From an uncultured Methanolobus sp. (GTDB lineage: Archaea; Halobacteriota; Methanosarcinia; Methanosarcinales; Methanosarcinaceae), in the NCBI GenBank assembly GCA_963675495.1, contig OY776215.1, positions 1,376,001 to 1,440,000 of the forward strand: 64,000 nucleotides of DNA, written 5' to 3'. Of this stretch, positions 18,163 to 27,611 are shown one piece after another. The first letter of the stretch is position 1. The number at the start of each line of letters is the position of its first letter. Position numbers and translations under genes: made by a program. The notes beneath the pieces were generated by a model. The model saw only the letters and a list, made by a program, of their open reading frames with translations. It was not told the DNA's origin and ran no database searches.

Positions 18163-19077
18163 TCAGTCACGCTCAAACATTTGCTTTTCCCAGAGATTTT
18201 CTTCTCTGTCGGGTGTACCATTTTCAAAATAATATGTACCGTTACCAATCAGCTCGGCTTCACCGACACCAGTTGCAAGCAGGCTTATTTTTTCAGCCAT
18301 TATCGCAACGGAGAAATCTGTGCCTGACAAGGACACATTGCCTTCTACCTCTACATATGAAACCGTTCTATATGGTTTAATGTACCCTGTAATTGTTTCT
18401 CTTTCCGGAAGAACTTCCTGATTGTAGTCTTTTTCAGAATCAATTAACATATCACCTGCAAAATCAATCACAGAGAATTTACCCCCGGAAACGAAAAAAC
18501 TTGTATCGAAGTCCCCGGACAAGATCACAATACCACTGCCTTCAGCTACCAGATTAGTATTATCATATATTTTCACAGGACCAGGAAGATATTCTTTCAT
18601 CTTAGCGAATATGGATTTAAGTTCTGAATTTGCACGAATGATACTTCCTCTTGATAGTTTTAAATATTTTTCTTCATCTGATTTTACGGAAGAAGTTTCA
18701 GCCTCAGCAAGATACATCTGGGCTTCGGATACAAGAGTAGCATATTTACCAGTCATCTGTTCCAGTTCCTGAACATCATTGCCTTCTTTTTTCAGACGCA
18801 TGGTTGCGTTATTAAGATTGATGACAATAGCCTCTGCCTTCTCAATATTGTCTTTGAGAACAAATTTTTCATCAACCGGAAAAGAAGGTGGAGGCAGGTG
18901 GATGAGTAACCTTTCCCCTGTTTGTAGCTCTTTTACATCAAAAGGAGGAGTGAACAATAGATCATACTGCTCATGCCTTTCATCAGGATATTGTTGCATA
19001 TCACCCGAATCCACAATGCCTGAAACAACAACAAGAAGCATTAGAAATATCAATAGTATCAGAGGCATCTTTTTCAT
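18163..19077 (-). CDS. Exported hypothetical protein (paralog of 19367..20272)
   Basis: N-terminal hydrophobic anchor; shared LKxxGNDVQELExM and GSGIVILSGD motifs. Confidence 0.8.
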   Translation of the reverse strand: MKKMPLILLIFLMLLVVVSGIVDSGDMQQYPDERHEQYDLLFTPPFDVKELQTGERLLIHLPPPSFPVDEKFVLKDNIEKAEAIVINLNNATMRLKKEGNDVQELEQMTGKYATLVSEAQMYLAEAETSSVKSDEEKYLKLSRGSIIRANSELKSIFAKMKEYLPGPVKIYDNTNLVAEGSGIVILSGDFDTSFFVSGGKFSVIDFAGDMLIDSEKDYNQEVLPERETITGYIKPYRTVSYVEVEGNVSLSGTDFSVAIMAEKISLLATGVGEAELIGNGTYYFENGTPDREENLWEKQMFERD

Positions 19078-19366
19078 TGACGATCACATCTTTGGGAATA
19101 CAAGCAACAAATCACTATATCCTGTTTCAGGACAGATAATTGATATTAAAGTGTTTTAAGCATAGTCTTCATTTAATATATTGCACACATATTTAAATGC
19201 ATGCTCTTGTTATAGGTAATGGAAAAGAAAACATTATTACAACCTTTCGATTTACTTAAATGATTTTAACCTTGGAATAATCTGATTTTGCTGAAAAATA
19301 TAATGATGCAAATTCAGGTTGCAAAACATGTAGCCTTAAGTTCACATTTCCACAATTAGCAATATC

Positions 19367-20272
19367 TCAATCAATACTGAATATAGGAGATACCCATATA
19401 CCTTCCTGTTCCATGCTGTTAGTATCCAGATAATAGGTCCCTTTACCACATAATTCAGAATCCCCTACGCCCTTTGCAAAAATACTTACATTGTCACCCA
19501 TAATGACCAAAGTAAGTGCTGAACCGGACAGAGACACATTGCCCTCTACATCCTTATATGAGAACATCATTTGTGGAGGTTTGGGATCATTGTATTGAAT
19601 TGCTTTTTCTGCGATTATTTCAGGGCTATACATACCTTCTGTATCAATATCCAGATCTCCTGCTAGGTCAACTACTGAAAAATTACCCATATGCAAACTA
19701 AATTCAATATCAAGATCACCTGACAAAATGACTATCCCACTGCCCTGAATGGTCAGTTTATCATTTTCGGATAGACTGGTTGGCTTTGGAAGATATGTTT
19801 GCATCTTATCGAAAATATCCTTTAGCTGCGAATTTGCAAGAATAATCTTATCTTTTGACAAACTGAGGTATTTCTGCCTATCTAAAGATGATGAAGAAGC
19901 ATCAGCCTTTTCAAGATTGTTTTTTGCCTCGGACACTAACAAACCGTAATTATCAACCATTTCTTCAAGTTCCTGAACATCATTTCCTTTTTCTTTCAAC
20001 TCAAGAATTGCACCTTCCAGCCGTCCTACCATTTCATCAGATTTTTTGATATTATCTGCAAAAATAATATTTTCATCTCTTGGAGCTTTCCTATTGCCAG
20101 ATTCAAAGAAAAATCCTTCATCTGATAATTCATTGCTGATAAAAGCAGGATGTGTGGACAATTGATCATGATTCTCCTCACGAACATCAGAGAAACTGCT
20201 GGATTCAACAAAACCAGATATCAATACAATGAATATGAGGAACATTATCATGGCAATTGGCATCTTTTTCAT
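19367..20272 (-). CDS. Exported hypothetical protein (paralog of 18163..19077)
   Basis: SD GAGGTG; MKKMP start; helical region plus beta-rich C-terminal domain shared with neighbour. Confidence 0.8.
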   Translation of the reverse strand: MKKMPIAMIMFLIFIVLISGFVESSSFSDVREENHDQLSTHPAFISNELSDEGFFFESGNRKAPRDENIIFADNIKKSDEMVGRLEGAILELKEKGNDVQELEEMVDNYGLLVSEAKNNLEKADASSSSLDRQKYLSLSKDKIILANSQLKDIFDKMQTYLPKPTSLSENDKLTIQGSGIVILSGDLDIEFSLHMGNFSVVDLAGDLDIDTEGMYSPEIIAEKAIQYNDPKPPQMMFSYKDVEGNVSLSGSALTLVIMGDNVSIFAKGVGDSELCGKGTYYLDTNSMEQEGIWVSPIFSID

Positions 20273-20384
20273 TGAATATCACACCTCACTCAAATGTTCC
20301 CATGTAATTCCATTTATTACTATGAATGAACTTATTAAAATAAATCTTAACGTTTTTTTCATATGCACAGAAAAGAGAGATTTA

Positions 20385-20465
20385 AATATAAACATACTTT
20401 AGCTGGGAGATATGTTTTGAAATAAACAAAGTAATTTATTAGCTTTTAAAACTTTATGAAGCTTT
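20385..20465 (-). promoter_or_regulatory. Island promoter E (regulator operon)
   Basis: AAAGCTTCAT 20465-20456, AAAGCTAATA 20446-20437, AAGTATGTTTATATT 20399-20385. Confidence 0.55.
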
Positions 20466-20892
20466 TTAAGGATATGGAACACCAAATAATACTCTAATAA
20501 TAATATAAAAAGCTAAATTACTTATTATAAGAGTTTTTTGAGGATTTAAGTGCACAATTAGAAGTCTAAGAATAGCGCTGTTTTTAACCAAATTCAACAA
20601 ATTGAACATAAAGTTTCCGTAGATGACAACCTGGATGGTTTTGTCCTGTGAATTTTTGTTTGATAAGCGGGTGGATCAGACAATCCAATTTAATGATAAT
20701 TTAGAATAAATTCCAGATTGACCACTTATTTTGCTTTGTAACTATTCTGGCAGTTTACTAGCGAAATCATAGAATTATAAGTGAAACTTGGTTTGCAGGA
20801 TACTGAAAACTTCATGGCATAGAATCATTACAAAGATATAAAATTACTCATTTAAGCTTTTAGAAGATTGCAAAGCTAGATAAACCTTTATT

Positions 20893-20953
20893 AAAGCTTT
20901 ATTTTTAGTATTAAAGTTATTATTCAACTTTTTTTGCCAAGTATGCTTATATT
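20893..20953 (+). promoter_or_regulatory. Island promoter D
   Basis: AAAGCTTTAT 20893-20902; AAGTATGCTTATATT 20939-20953. Confidence 0.65.
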
Positions 20954-21040
20954 TAAGTCTGATAATCTTGGAAATGTCAGAAAAGCACTGCTAATGACAT
21001 GGCACTGAATCTGACAAACAGAAAGAATGGAGAAAAAAGA

Positions 21041-21907
21041 ATGAAACATAAATTAATGAAAACATTGGCCTGTCTTTCATTAGTACTTATGGTGTTTAGT
21101 GCTATGGCACCTGGCGCCTTTGCTGATGAAACAGGGACAGCAAGTGATGCAGATAAATTCAGCGAACATAATAAAATTAAGGATGGTCAGCGTGGCGGTC
21201 CGGGAATGGACAGAGGAGAAGCTGGAGAAGCAATGGAATTTGACAGTGATAAAGAAGAACTTGAATTCGTTGTTGAAAAGACAACTGAATCTATTAACAA
21301 CAGGATCGAAAGACTGAACGAAATGCTTGAGAACATTGATGAGATCGACAATGAAGATATCACCGAGGAATCAATTGAAGAGCAGACCACAGAACTTGAA
21401 GCACTTCTGGAAGACATTGAAGATACAGAAACACTGGACGACTTCAAGGCAATAATGGAAGAAGCACGTGACTCCATGATGGAAAACAGACCTGAAAAGG
21501 GCGAGAGACCAGCCATGGAAATGATGGAAAACAAGCCAGAGAAGGGCGAGAGACCAGCCATGGAAGAGATGGAATTCGAGTCAGATAAAGAGGAAATGGA
21601 TTTCATTGTAGAAAAAGCAACTGAACATATTAACAACAATATCGCAAGACTGAATGGAATGCTCGAGAACATCGATGAGATCGATAACGAGAACATAACC
21701 GAAGAATCAATTGAAGAGCAGACCACAGAACTTGAAGCACTCCTGGAAGACATTGAAGATGCAGAAACACTGGATGATCTCAAGGAGATAATGGAAGAAT
21801 CCAGGGAAACCAACTCTCAACCACATGGACAGGGAGAAGCACAGAGAGAAGGACACGAACCAATGGCCCATGCTCACGGACTAAGTGAAGAGGTAACTGA
21901 AGAGTAA
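21041..21907 (+). CDS. Secreted acidic helical protein with internal duplication
   Basis: Signal peptide ending AFA; two ~80-aa repeats separated by a doubled MMENxPEKGERPAME. Confidence 0.8.
   Translation: MKHKLMKTLACLSLVLMVFSAMAPGAFADETGTASDADKFSEHNKIKDGQRGGPGMDRGEAGEAMEFDSDKEELEFVVEKTTESINNRIERLNEMLENIDEIDNEDITEESIEEQTTELEALLEDIEDTETLDDFKAIMEEARDSMMENRPEKGERPAMEMMENKPEKGERPAMEEMEFESDKEEMDFIVEKATEHINNNIARLNGMLENIDEIDNENITEESIEEQTTELEALLEDIEDAETLDDLKEIMEESRETNSQPHGQGEAQREGHEPMAHAHGLSEEVTEE
21476..21565 (+). repeat. 45-bp tandem duplication (in frame)
   Basis: ATGATGGAAAACA..CC.GA.AAGGGCGAGAGACCAGCCATGGAA x2. Confidence 0.85.
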
Positions 21908-21949
21908 GAACAAAGGAACAATTTGTAAAATAGTCATTACCACCAAGCC

Positions 21950-21974
21950 ATGAGATAGGATATCCCTATCTCAT
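21950..21974 (+). terminator. Intergenic hairpin
   Basis: ATGAGATAGG-ATATC-CCTATCTCAT perfect 10-bp stem. Confidence 0.55.
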
Positions 21975-22013
21975 AAATTTTAATTGATTACTAAGAATTT
22001 AAGGAGTTTTATC

Positions 22014-22640
22014 ATGAAAAGAAAACTAACAATATCATTTGCTCTGCTAATGGTGCTATTTGGCACTGTAATTCCGGGAGTTTACGCTATGGACGATAAC
22101 GGGAACAGGGAAATGCCGGAAATGGACGCTGCACAAATGCAAGAAATGACACTTGAGATGTTGGAGAACAGTATAGATTCACTGACAGAACTTCAGTCAG
22201 AACTTGAAGACGAAGACCTTCTGGATTCTGTGGACAGCCTTCTGGAAGAAATGGAAACAATAAAAATAGAACTTGAAGCTACAGATGATGAAGAAGAGAT
22301 AGCATCCATAATGGAAGAGTTCAGAACTTCAATGGAAGATGTTCCTGATGAGATACGAGAGGCTCTCATACAGGATAGTTCAATGGGAGAAAAAGGAAAC
22401 ATGAAGGAAGGCGACAGGAACATGCAGGCTCAGGAAGGTGAAGGTCCGGAAAACGGAGTTATGGAAAAAGAAACTGCGATGAATGACGAAGACTCAACAG
22501 ACAGACCTGTTAGTGATGAAACACCTGCGGATAAGCCTGACAATGATGATGCAAGTGAAAAAAGCAGTTCAATCACCACATCAGATAAAAACACCGGACT
22601 GCTCAACAGCCTTATTAACGCTATAAAGTCATTATTCTGA
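22014..22640 (+). CDS. Secreted acidic Met-rich protein with amphipathic C-terminal tail
   Basis: SD AAGGAG, signal peptide, E/D/M-rich helices, ends GLLNSLINAIKSLF. Confidence 0.8.
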   Translation: MKRKLTISFALLMVLFGTVIPGVYAMDDNGNREMPEMDAAQMQEMTLEMLENSIDSLTELQSELEDEDLLDSVDSLLEEMETIKIELEATDDEEEIASIMEEFRTSMEDVPDEIREALIQDSSMGEKGNMKEGDRNMQAQEGEGPENGVMEKETAMNDEDSTDRPVSDETPADKPDNDDASEKSSSITTSDKNTGLLNSLINAIKSLF

Positions 22641-22903
22641 TACAATAACCATTATCTAATTATTGGTTTGCCTGAAACCATTCTAATATTATCCTGATAT
22701 CATCCTTTCAGGTAAATCATTTTTAATTACCCGACTTTTTTTGGCGGTAGCAAATAAATACAGCTAGCGCTATAATACAAAGGATTTATTATATATACCA
22801 TGATAATGATTAACACAGTCAAATGATCCCTATATGAGGATACCAAAAACGTTAACAAATAATAAAATATGATTACATTCCCGACCAAAGCAGGAGAAAC
22901 TTC

Positions 22904-23623
22904 ATGAAGATCGCAATACTTGGAGGCACAGGCAAAATAGGCAAAGGCTTTGCGCTTCGTTGGGGCCAGAAACACGAAATAATCATAGGCTCCAGGGAAA
23001 TAGAAAAAGCCGAAACTGTCGCTGCAGAATACAATGAAGTACTTGGCAAGTTAGGCCACACTGCACGCATAACAGGTACTGATAACAAAACAGCTGCCGA
23101 AAATGCAGAACTGATTGTTGTAGCCATCAGGTACAATCAGCTTAGCCCTGTCATGGAACTGATACGCCCAGTCATAGAGAACAAAATAATTGTCAGTGTA
23201 GTCGTTCCAATGGAAAAGAACATGTGCTACATTGATTCCGGTTCTGAACACCTGACAGTTCCTATAAATAGCGATGAATTCAACACCGAATACTTCTGTT
23301 TTTCAATGCCTGAAGCCGGAAGCGCTGCCCAGGAAATACAAATGATGCTACCTGATAGTACAGACCTTGTGGCTGCTTTCCATACTGTACCTGCAAAGAA
23401 ACTGGCAGACCTTGAGATGGAACTTGACTATGACATCGGTGTTTGCGGAAATTCCATGCATTCTAAAAATATAGTATTCGACCTTGTGAGAGATATATCC
23501 AACATGAGACCTCTTGACATTGGGCCACTTGAAACTGCAGGAATGATCGAATCCCTCACACCTTTATTGATCAATGTTGCAGCAAGGAATGAAATGAAGG
23601 ATATCAGTCTGAAATTTGTTTGA
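22904..23623 (+). CDS. npdG: F420H2:NADP+ oxidoreductase
   Basis: MKIAILGGTGKIGKGFALRW, IIGSR, VAAFHTVPA, ESLTPLLIN. Confidence 0.9.
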   Translation: MKIAILGGTGKIGKGFALRWGQKHEIIIGSREIEKAETVAAEYNEVLGKLGHTARITGTDNKTAAENAELIVVAIRYNQLSPVMELIRPVIENKIIVSVVVPMEKNMCYIDSGSEHLTVPINSDEFNTEYFCFSMPEAGSAAQEIQMMLPDSTDLVAAFHTVPAKKLADLEMELDYDIGVCGNSMHSKNIVFDLVRDISNMRPLDIGPLETAGMIESLTPLLINVAARNEMKDISLKFV

Positions 23624-23778
23624 ACTTTGTAATTGCATTCTTACTTTTTTTATTTTTTTGTTGTTTTTGAACTTTATACATCATTTTCATGGCAATCTAT
23701 AATTGCATGGAGTTAGATAACCAGAAATAATTTTGCATTGCATGTGCAGAATATAGAGGAAGAATAGCAGGCGATTTA

Positions 23779-25107
23779 ATGATAATTGAAAATAAGGAAG
23801 ACGTTATCAAAGCCATCGAGACTAACAACGTAAAGTTCATACGTTTGCAGTTTACGGATATACAGGGAGTAGTCAAGGATGTTGAGATCCCTGTGACACA
23901 GATCGAAAAGGCTTTGACCATAGGAATATCCTTTGATGGATCATCCATAGAAGGTTTTGTAAGGATCGATGAATCGGACATGGTGTTAAAACCAGATATC
24001 AAAACCTTTGCTATCCTCCCCTGGAGCAAGGATAAAGGTGTGGTTGCAAGATTTATATGTGATATTCACCTGCCAAACGGAGAACAGTTCGAAGCTGACC
24101 CTCGTTACGTCCTTAAAAAGGTCATGAAGGAAGCTGAAGATATGGGATATACCCTGAACGTGGGCCCTGAACTGGAGTTTTTCCTTTTCGAAAAGAAGGA
24201 TGGAAAGGCAACTACAATACCCCATGATTACGGAAGGTATTTTGAATTTGCACCTACAGACCTTGCTGAAGACATCAGAAGGGATATAGTCCTTACTCTC
24301 ACTGAACTCAACTTCGACATAGAAGCATCACATCACGAGGTCGCTTTTGGACAACACGAAATTGATTTCAAATATGGTAATGCACTGACAACAGCTGACA
24401 ACGTAATGACATTCAAATATGTCACAAGAACCATTGCAAAACTGCACGGTCTCCATGCAACTTTCATGCCAAAACCTATTGCTGTTGAGAATGGATCAGG
24501 CATGCATGTGAATCTTTCACTTTCCCAGGGAGAAGAGAACGCATTTTATGACCCTAAAGGTGAAATGGAAATCAGTGATACCTCAAAGCAATTCATTGCA
24601 GGTGTCCTGAAACACGTCAAAGCCATAACCTGCATTGCAAACCCACTTGTAAACTCATACAAGCGACTTATTCCAGGATATGAAGCACCGGTGTATATCA
24701 CATGGTCAGGCGCAAACCGAAGCTCACTCATACGCATACCTTCTGCCAGAGGAAAGGGCACAAGGGTAGAGCTCAGAAGTCCGGACCCATCATGTAACCC
24801 ATACCTGACGTTTGCAGCTATACTTGCTGCCGGCCTGGACGGGATAAAGAATAATATGAGTCCGGGAAATATGATGGAAAACAATGTATTTGACCTGACA
24901 ATGCAGGAGCTTGCAGAGGGAGGAATTGAAACACTTCCATCGACTATTAATGAAAGTGCCAACTATCTTGAAAGCGATGAAGTCCTTAAAGAAGCTCTTG
25001 GAGAACACGTCCACAATAATATACTGAGAATCGCAAGGGCAGAGTGGGATGCATACAGGACACAGGTCCACGACTGGGAAATACAGCGTTACCTGAATAC
25101 TATCTGA
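23779..25107 (+). CDS. glnA: Glutamine synthetase type I (second paralog)
   Basis: FDGSSIEGF, GPELEFF, HHEVAFGQHEI, TFMPKP, NGSGMH, NRSSLIRIP, RVELRSPD. Confidence 0.95.
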   Translation: MIIENKEDVIKAIETNNVKFIRLQFTDIQGVVKDVEIPVTQIEKALTIGISFDGSSIEGFVRIDESDMVLKPDIKTFAILPWSKDKGVVARFICDIHLPNGEQFEADPRYVLKKVMKEAEDMGYTLNVGPELEFFLFEKKDGKATTIPHDYGRYFEFAPTDLAEDIRRDIVLTLTELNFDIEASHHEVAFGQHEIDFKYGNALTTADNVMTFKYVTRTIAKLHGLHATFMPKPIAVENGSGMHVNLSLSQGEENAFYDPKGEMEISDTSKQFIAGVLKHVKAITCIANPLVNSYKRLIPGYEAPVYITWSGANRSSLIRIPSARGKGTRVELRSPDPSCNPYLTFAAILAAGLDGIKNNMSPGNMMENNVFDLTMQELAEGGIETLPSTINESANYLESDEVLKEALGEHVHNNILRIARAEWDAYRTQVHDWEIQRYLNTI

Positions 25108-25110
25108 AGC

Positions 25111-25614
25111 ATGGATCAGGCATATTATATTAAGGAAACAAGAAAAGCAGATTATCTGCAAGTCAAAAGATTCATTGAACTTGTAGATAATGATTTTTAC
25201 CCTCCCCTGAGTAAAAGGGGAGGTGGCATTCCTGAAAGAGTAGACGGTGATCTGGACACGCGTGAAGCAAATTTCCTTGTTGCCAGATTAAAAGAAAGTG
25301 ATCCGCATGATACCCTTAAAGGATTTGTAGGAATGGTGGGTTGCACAAGGAACTGGAAGAGTGACGACAGCGCTTACATCAATTTTCTTGCAACACACCC
25401 AAACCACAGAAACCATGGAATTAGCAAAGCTCTCTGCCTGAAACTGGAAGATGTTCTGGCGAAAGAGGGTATCAAAAAGATATATCTTTGCACCTGGTCA
25501 AGCAATCCAGCTGCGATGAAATTCTATGATAAACTTGGATATTGTGCATATTCAGTCATTCTCAATGACAGGGGAAAGGGAATAGATACAATATATTACA
25601 AGAAGAAAATCTAG
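25111..25614 (+). CDS. GNAT N-acetyltransferase
   Basis: LATHPNHRNHGIS acetyl-CoA motif A, NPAAMKFYDKLGY; starts 3 nt after the glnA stop. Confidence 0.85.
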   Translation: MDQAYYIKETRKADYLQVKRFIELVDNDFYPPLSKRGGGIPERVDGDLDTREANFLVARLKESDPHDTLKGFVGMVGCTRNWKSDDSAYINFLATHPNHRNHGISKALCLKLEDVLAKEGIKKIYLCTWSSNPAAMKFYDKLGYCAYSVILNDRGKGIDTIYYKKKI

Positions 25615-25837
25615 TATCACATTATCCAAAACAATAATATACGATAAGATTCTCGATAAGATTGTCTTTTCCTTAAAATTTGCTATCATTGCGTGAAGCT
25701 TTGTAGGATATTTCATCCTCAAAGATTTTGACCGCATTGATTGAAAAAAGACAGGACACGAGTGCCTATTGCATGGTTAGGAAGAATAGAGGAAGTGGTA
25801 GGCACCGTGTCCATAAACGTGATATTTCGTTTTTTGG

Positions 25838-26860
25838 TTACTCCTCTGGCATTCGTTCAAGCTTCTTTGTAGAGAGCTTTTCAACCAATTCCAGATTTAC
25901 ATCATTTGTAAGTGAAAGTTTACCATTTCTTACTGCACTGTCAACAAACTGTTTTCCAACAGGGTCGCGTATTATCAGGGTCGTGTATCCCTTTGCGCTC
26001 CCAATGGAACCTGCTGATACGTCTGCATCCACAGCTGTGAGATCTGTGCATATATGACATCCCGGACGTACACAATCCTCTACATCTTTCAATGGGATGA
26101 TCGTCATGTTCCCGTCCTTCAGTGTGATCTCAAGCTTACCTTTTACATCAAAGTGTATGATGTCAAGAGGATCGATATGGCGTTCTGCAATAAGTTTATC
26201 CTGTACAAGTTTCTCGTAGTCGAAAGTTTCCGTACAGAAAAGTCCCACTACAAGACGGATGTTCTTTCTGAACGGACGCAGAAGGTCAAGCTCACTTGTT
26301 CGCATCTGTTTCATTGCCTGGGTGACACATGGAACACCTACAACTGCGATGTTGGTGAACTTGCGTGTCATGACAGCTTCCTTAAGTGAGGCCACAAGAG
26401 GAACCCACCAATTGTAACGGCTTCCTGCCTGGTGAACAAGCACTTCGGAAGAAGTGATCACAGCAGATGATGGCCTGAGTGTCCAGGGGTCTTCTACAAC
26501 GGTAACCACTGCATCGATCATGCCCTCATCAAGGGCATTGGTAAGTATTGCTGTCACAGCACCACCACTCTGCTTTCTTGGAACATTCATATCTGCTTTT
26601 GCAGTTACGATCTCAATGTACTCTCCAAGAACCTCAGACGATGGTTTTTCATTTCGCGGGCATACTTCATAGCATGCACCACAGGGAACACCGTCATCTA
26701 CATCCTTACAGTAGCCACTGTTGAGAGGATGAGTGGAGTCTTCACCTAATTCAAAGTAAATAGCATCTGCCGGACATACAGCTACGCATGCACCACATGC
26801 TGCGCATTTTCCTGTATCCCAGACATCTGCCTTAAGATCAAGATAATTTTTACCTGCCAT
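25838..26860 (-). CDS. FrhB/FdhB-family F420-interacting subunit (glutamate synthase-associated)
   Basis: CAACGACVAVCP ferredoxin motif, QSGGAVTAIL, VGVPC, GLFCTETF, CHIC. Confidence 0.88.
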   Translation of the reverse strand: MAGKNYLDLKADVWDTGKCAACGACVAVCPADAIYFELGEDSTHPLNSGYCKDVDDGVPCGACYEVCPRNEKPSSEVLGEYIEIVTAKADMNVPRKQSGGAVTAILTNALDEGMIDAVVTVVEDPWTLRPSSAVITSSEVLVHQAGSRYNWWVPLVASLKEAVMTRKFTNIAVVGVPCVTQAMKQMRTSELDLLRPFRKNIRLVVGLFCTETFDYEKLVQDKLIAERHIDPLDIIHFDVKGKLEITLKDGNMTIIPLKDVEDCVRPGCHICTDLTAVDADVSAGSIGSAKGYTTLIIRDPVGKQFVDSAVRNGKLSLTNDVNLELVEKLSTKKLERMPEE

Positions 26861-26865
26861 TATGA

Positions 26866-27606
26866 TCACTCCCATGTATATTTACCTGCAAATGGTCTGG
26901 CGCTTGCAGGGATTATTCTTGAATAGTTCGTATCCAGGAACTGGGACGAATCTATGTCAAACCTTTCACAGAAATCTTCTATCACAGGACTTAATCTTGT
27001 CAGGTCGTCTTCGGTAAATTCAACTTTCTTGGCTCCGACACCAAGTAGTTTATCGTCTACATCACCACGGATGACGATTTCCCCACCGTGAATACCACTA
27101 CCGATACCACGATCCTGTATTCCCGGTTCATGACCAATGCCAAGAACAAGGATAAGACCACCAGCCATGTATTCTCCAAGGAAAGCATGAGATGTGCCAC
27201 CGATAGCAAGTATAGGACGCTTACCCTCATACTCTTTCATGTGAATACCACCACGGTAGCCAATGTTGCCTTTTACAAAGACCTTTCCGCCACGCATGCT
27301 GTGTGCAACTGCATCTCCGGCACTTCCATGGATGATCAGTGATCCCTGATCCATTGTGTTTCCAGGAGCATGCTCTGCATTACCGAATATTTCACATTCG
27401 GGACCACTCATAAACATTCCAAGGTCTCCGCCGGGAACACCATTGATGATGATCTTTGCATCGCCCCTTACTCCATTTCCTATGAAACGCTGCCCCAGAA
27501 CATTGTTGAGCACAATTTCCTTTACGCCGGAAGCCACTGCTTCGCGAATCATCCTGTTCAATGGGGAGTAGTGCATACCCTTTACATCTATTACTAAAGG
27601 ATCCAC
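26866..27606 (-). CDS. gltB3: Glutamate synthase domain 3 (GXGXG) subunit
   Basis: GQRFIG, GNTM, GYRGGIHMKEY, FLGEYMAGG beta-helix repeats. Confidence 0.88.
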   Translation of the reverse strand: MDPLVIDVKGMHYSPLNRMIREAVASGVKEIVLNNVLGQRFIGNGVRGDAKIIINGVPGGDLGMFMSGPECEIFGNAEHAPGNTMDQGSLIIHGSAGDAVAHSMRGGKVFVKGNIGYRGGIHMKEYEGKRPILAIGGTSHAFLGEYMAGGLILVLGIGHEPGIQDRGIGSGIHGGEIVIRGDVDDKLLGVGAKKVEFTEDDLTRLSPVIEDFCERFDIDSSQFLDTNYSRIIPASARPFAGKYTWE

Positions 27607-27611
27607 TTCAC

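Noticed and set aside
21187-22645. Long Ser-rich antisense ORFs (also 37367..38161, 42983..43630, 45368..45973 and others)
   Set aside because: Shadow frames of well-supported genes on the opposite strand.
25612-25647. Pyrrolysine read-through of TAG stops (GNAT 25614; FTR 1856)
   Set aside because: Read-through would add only 10 and 3 residues after the amber codon before TAA. I saw no gene split by an in-frame amber codon.
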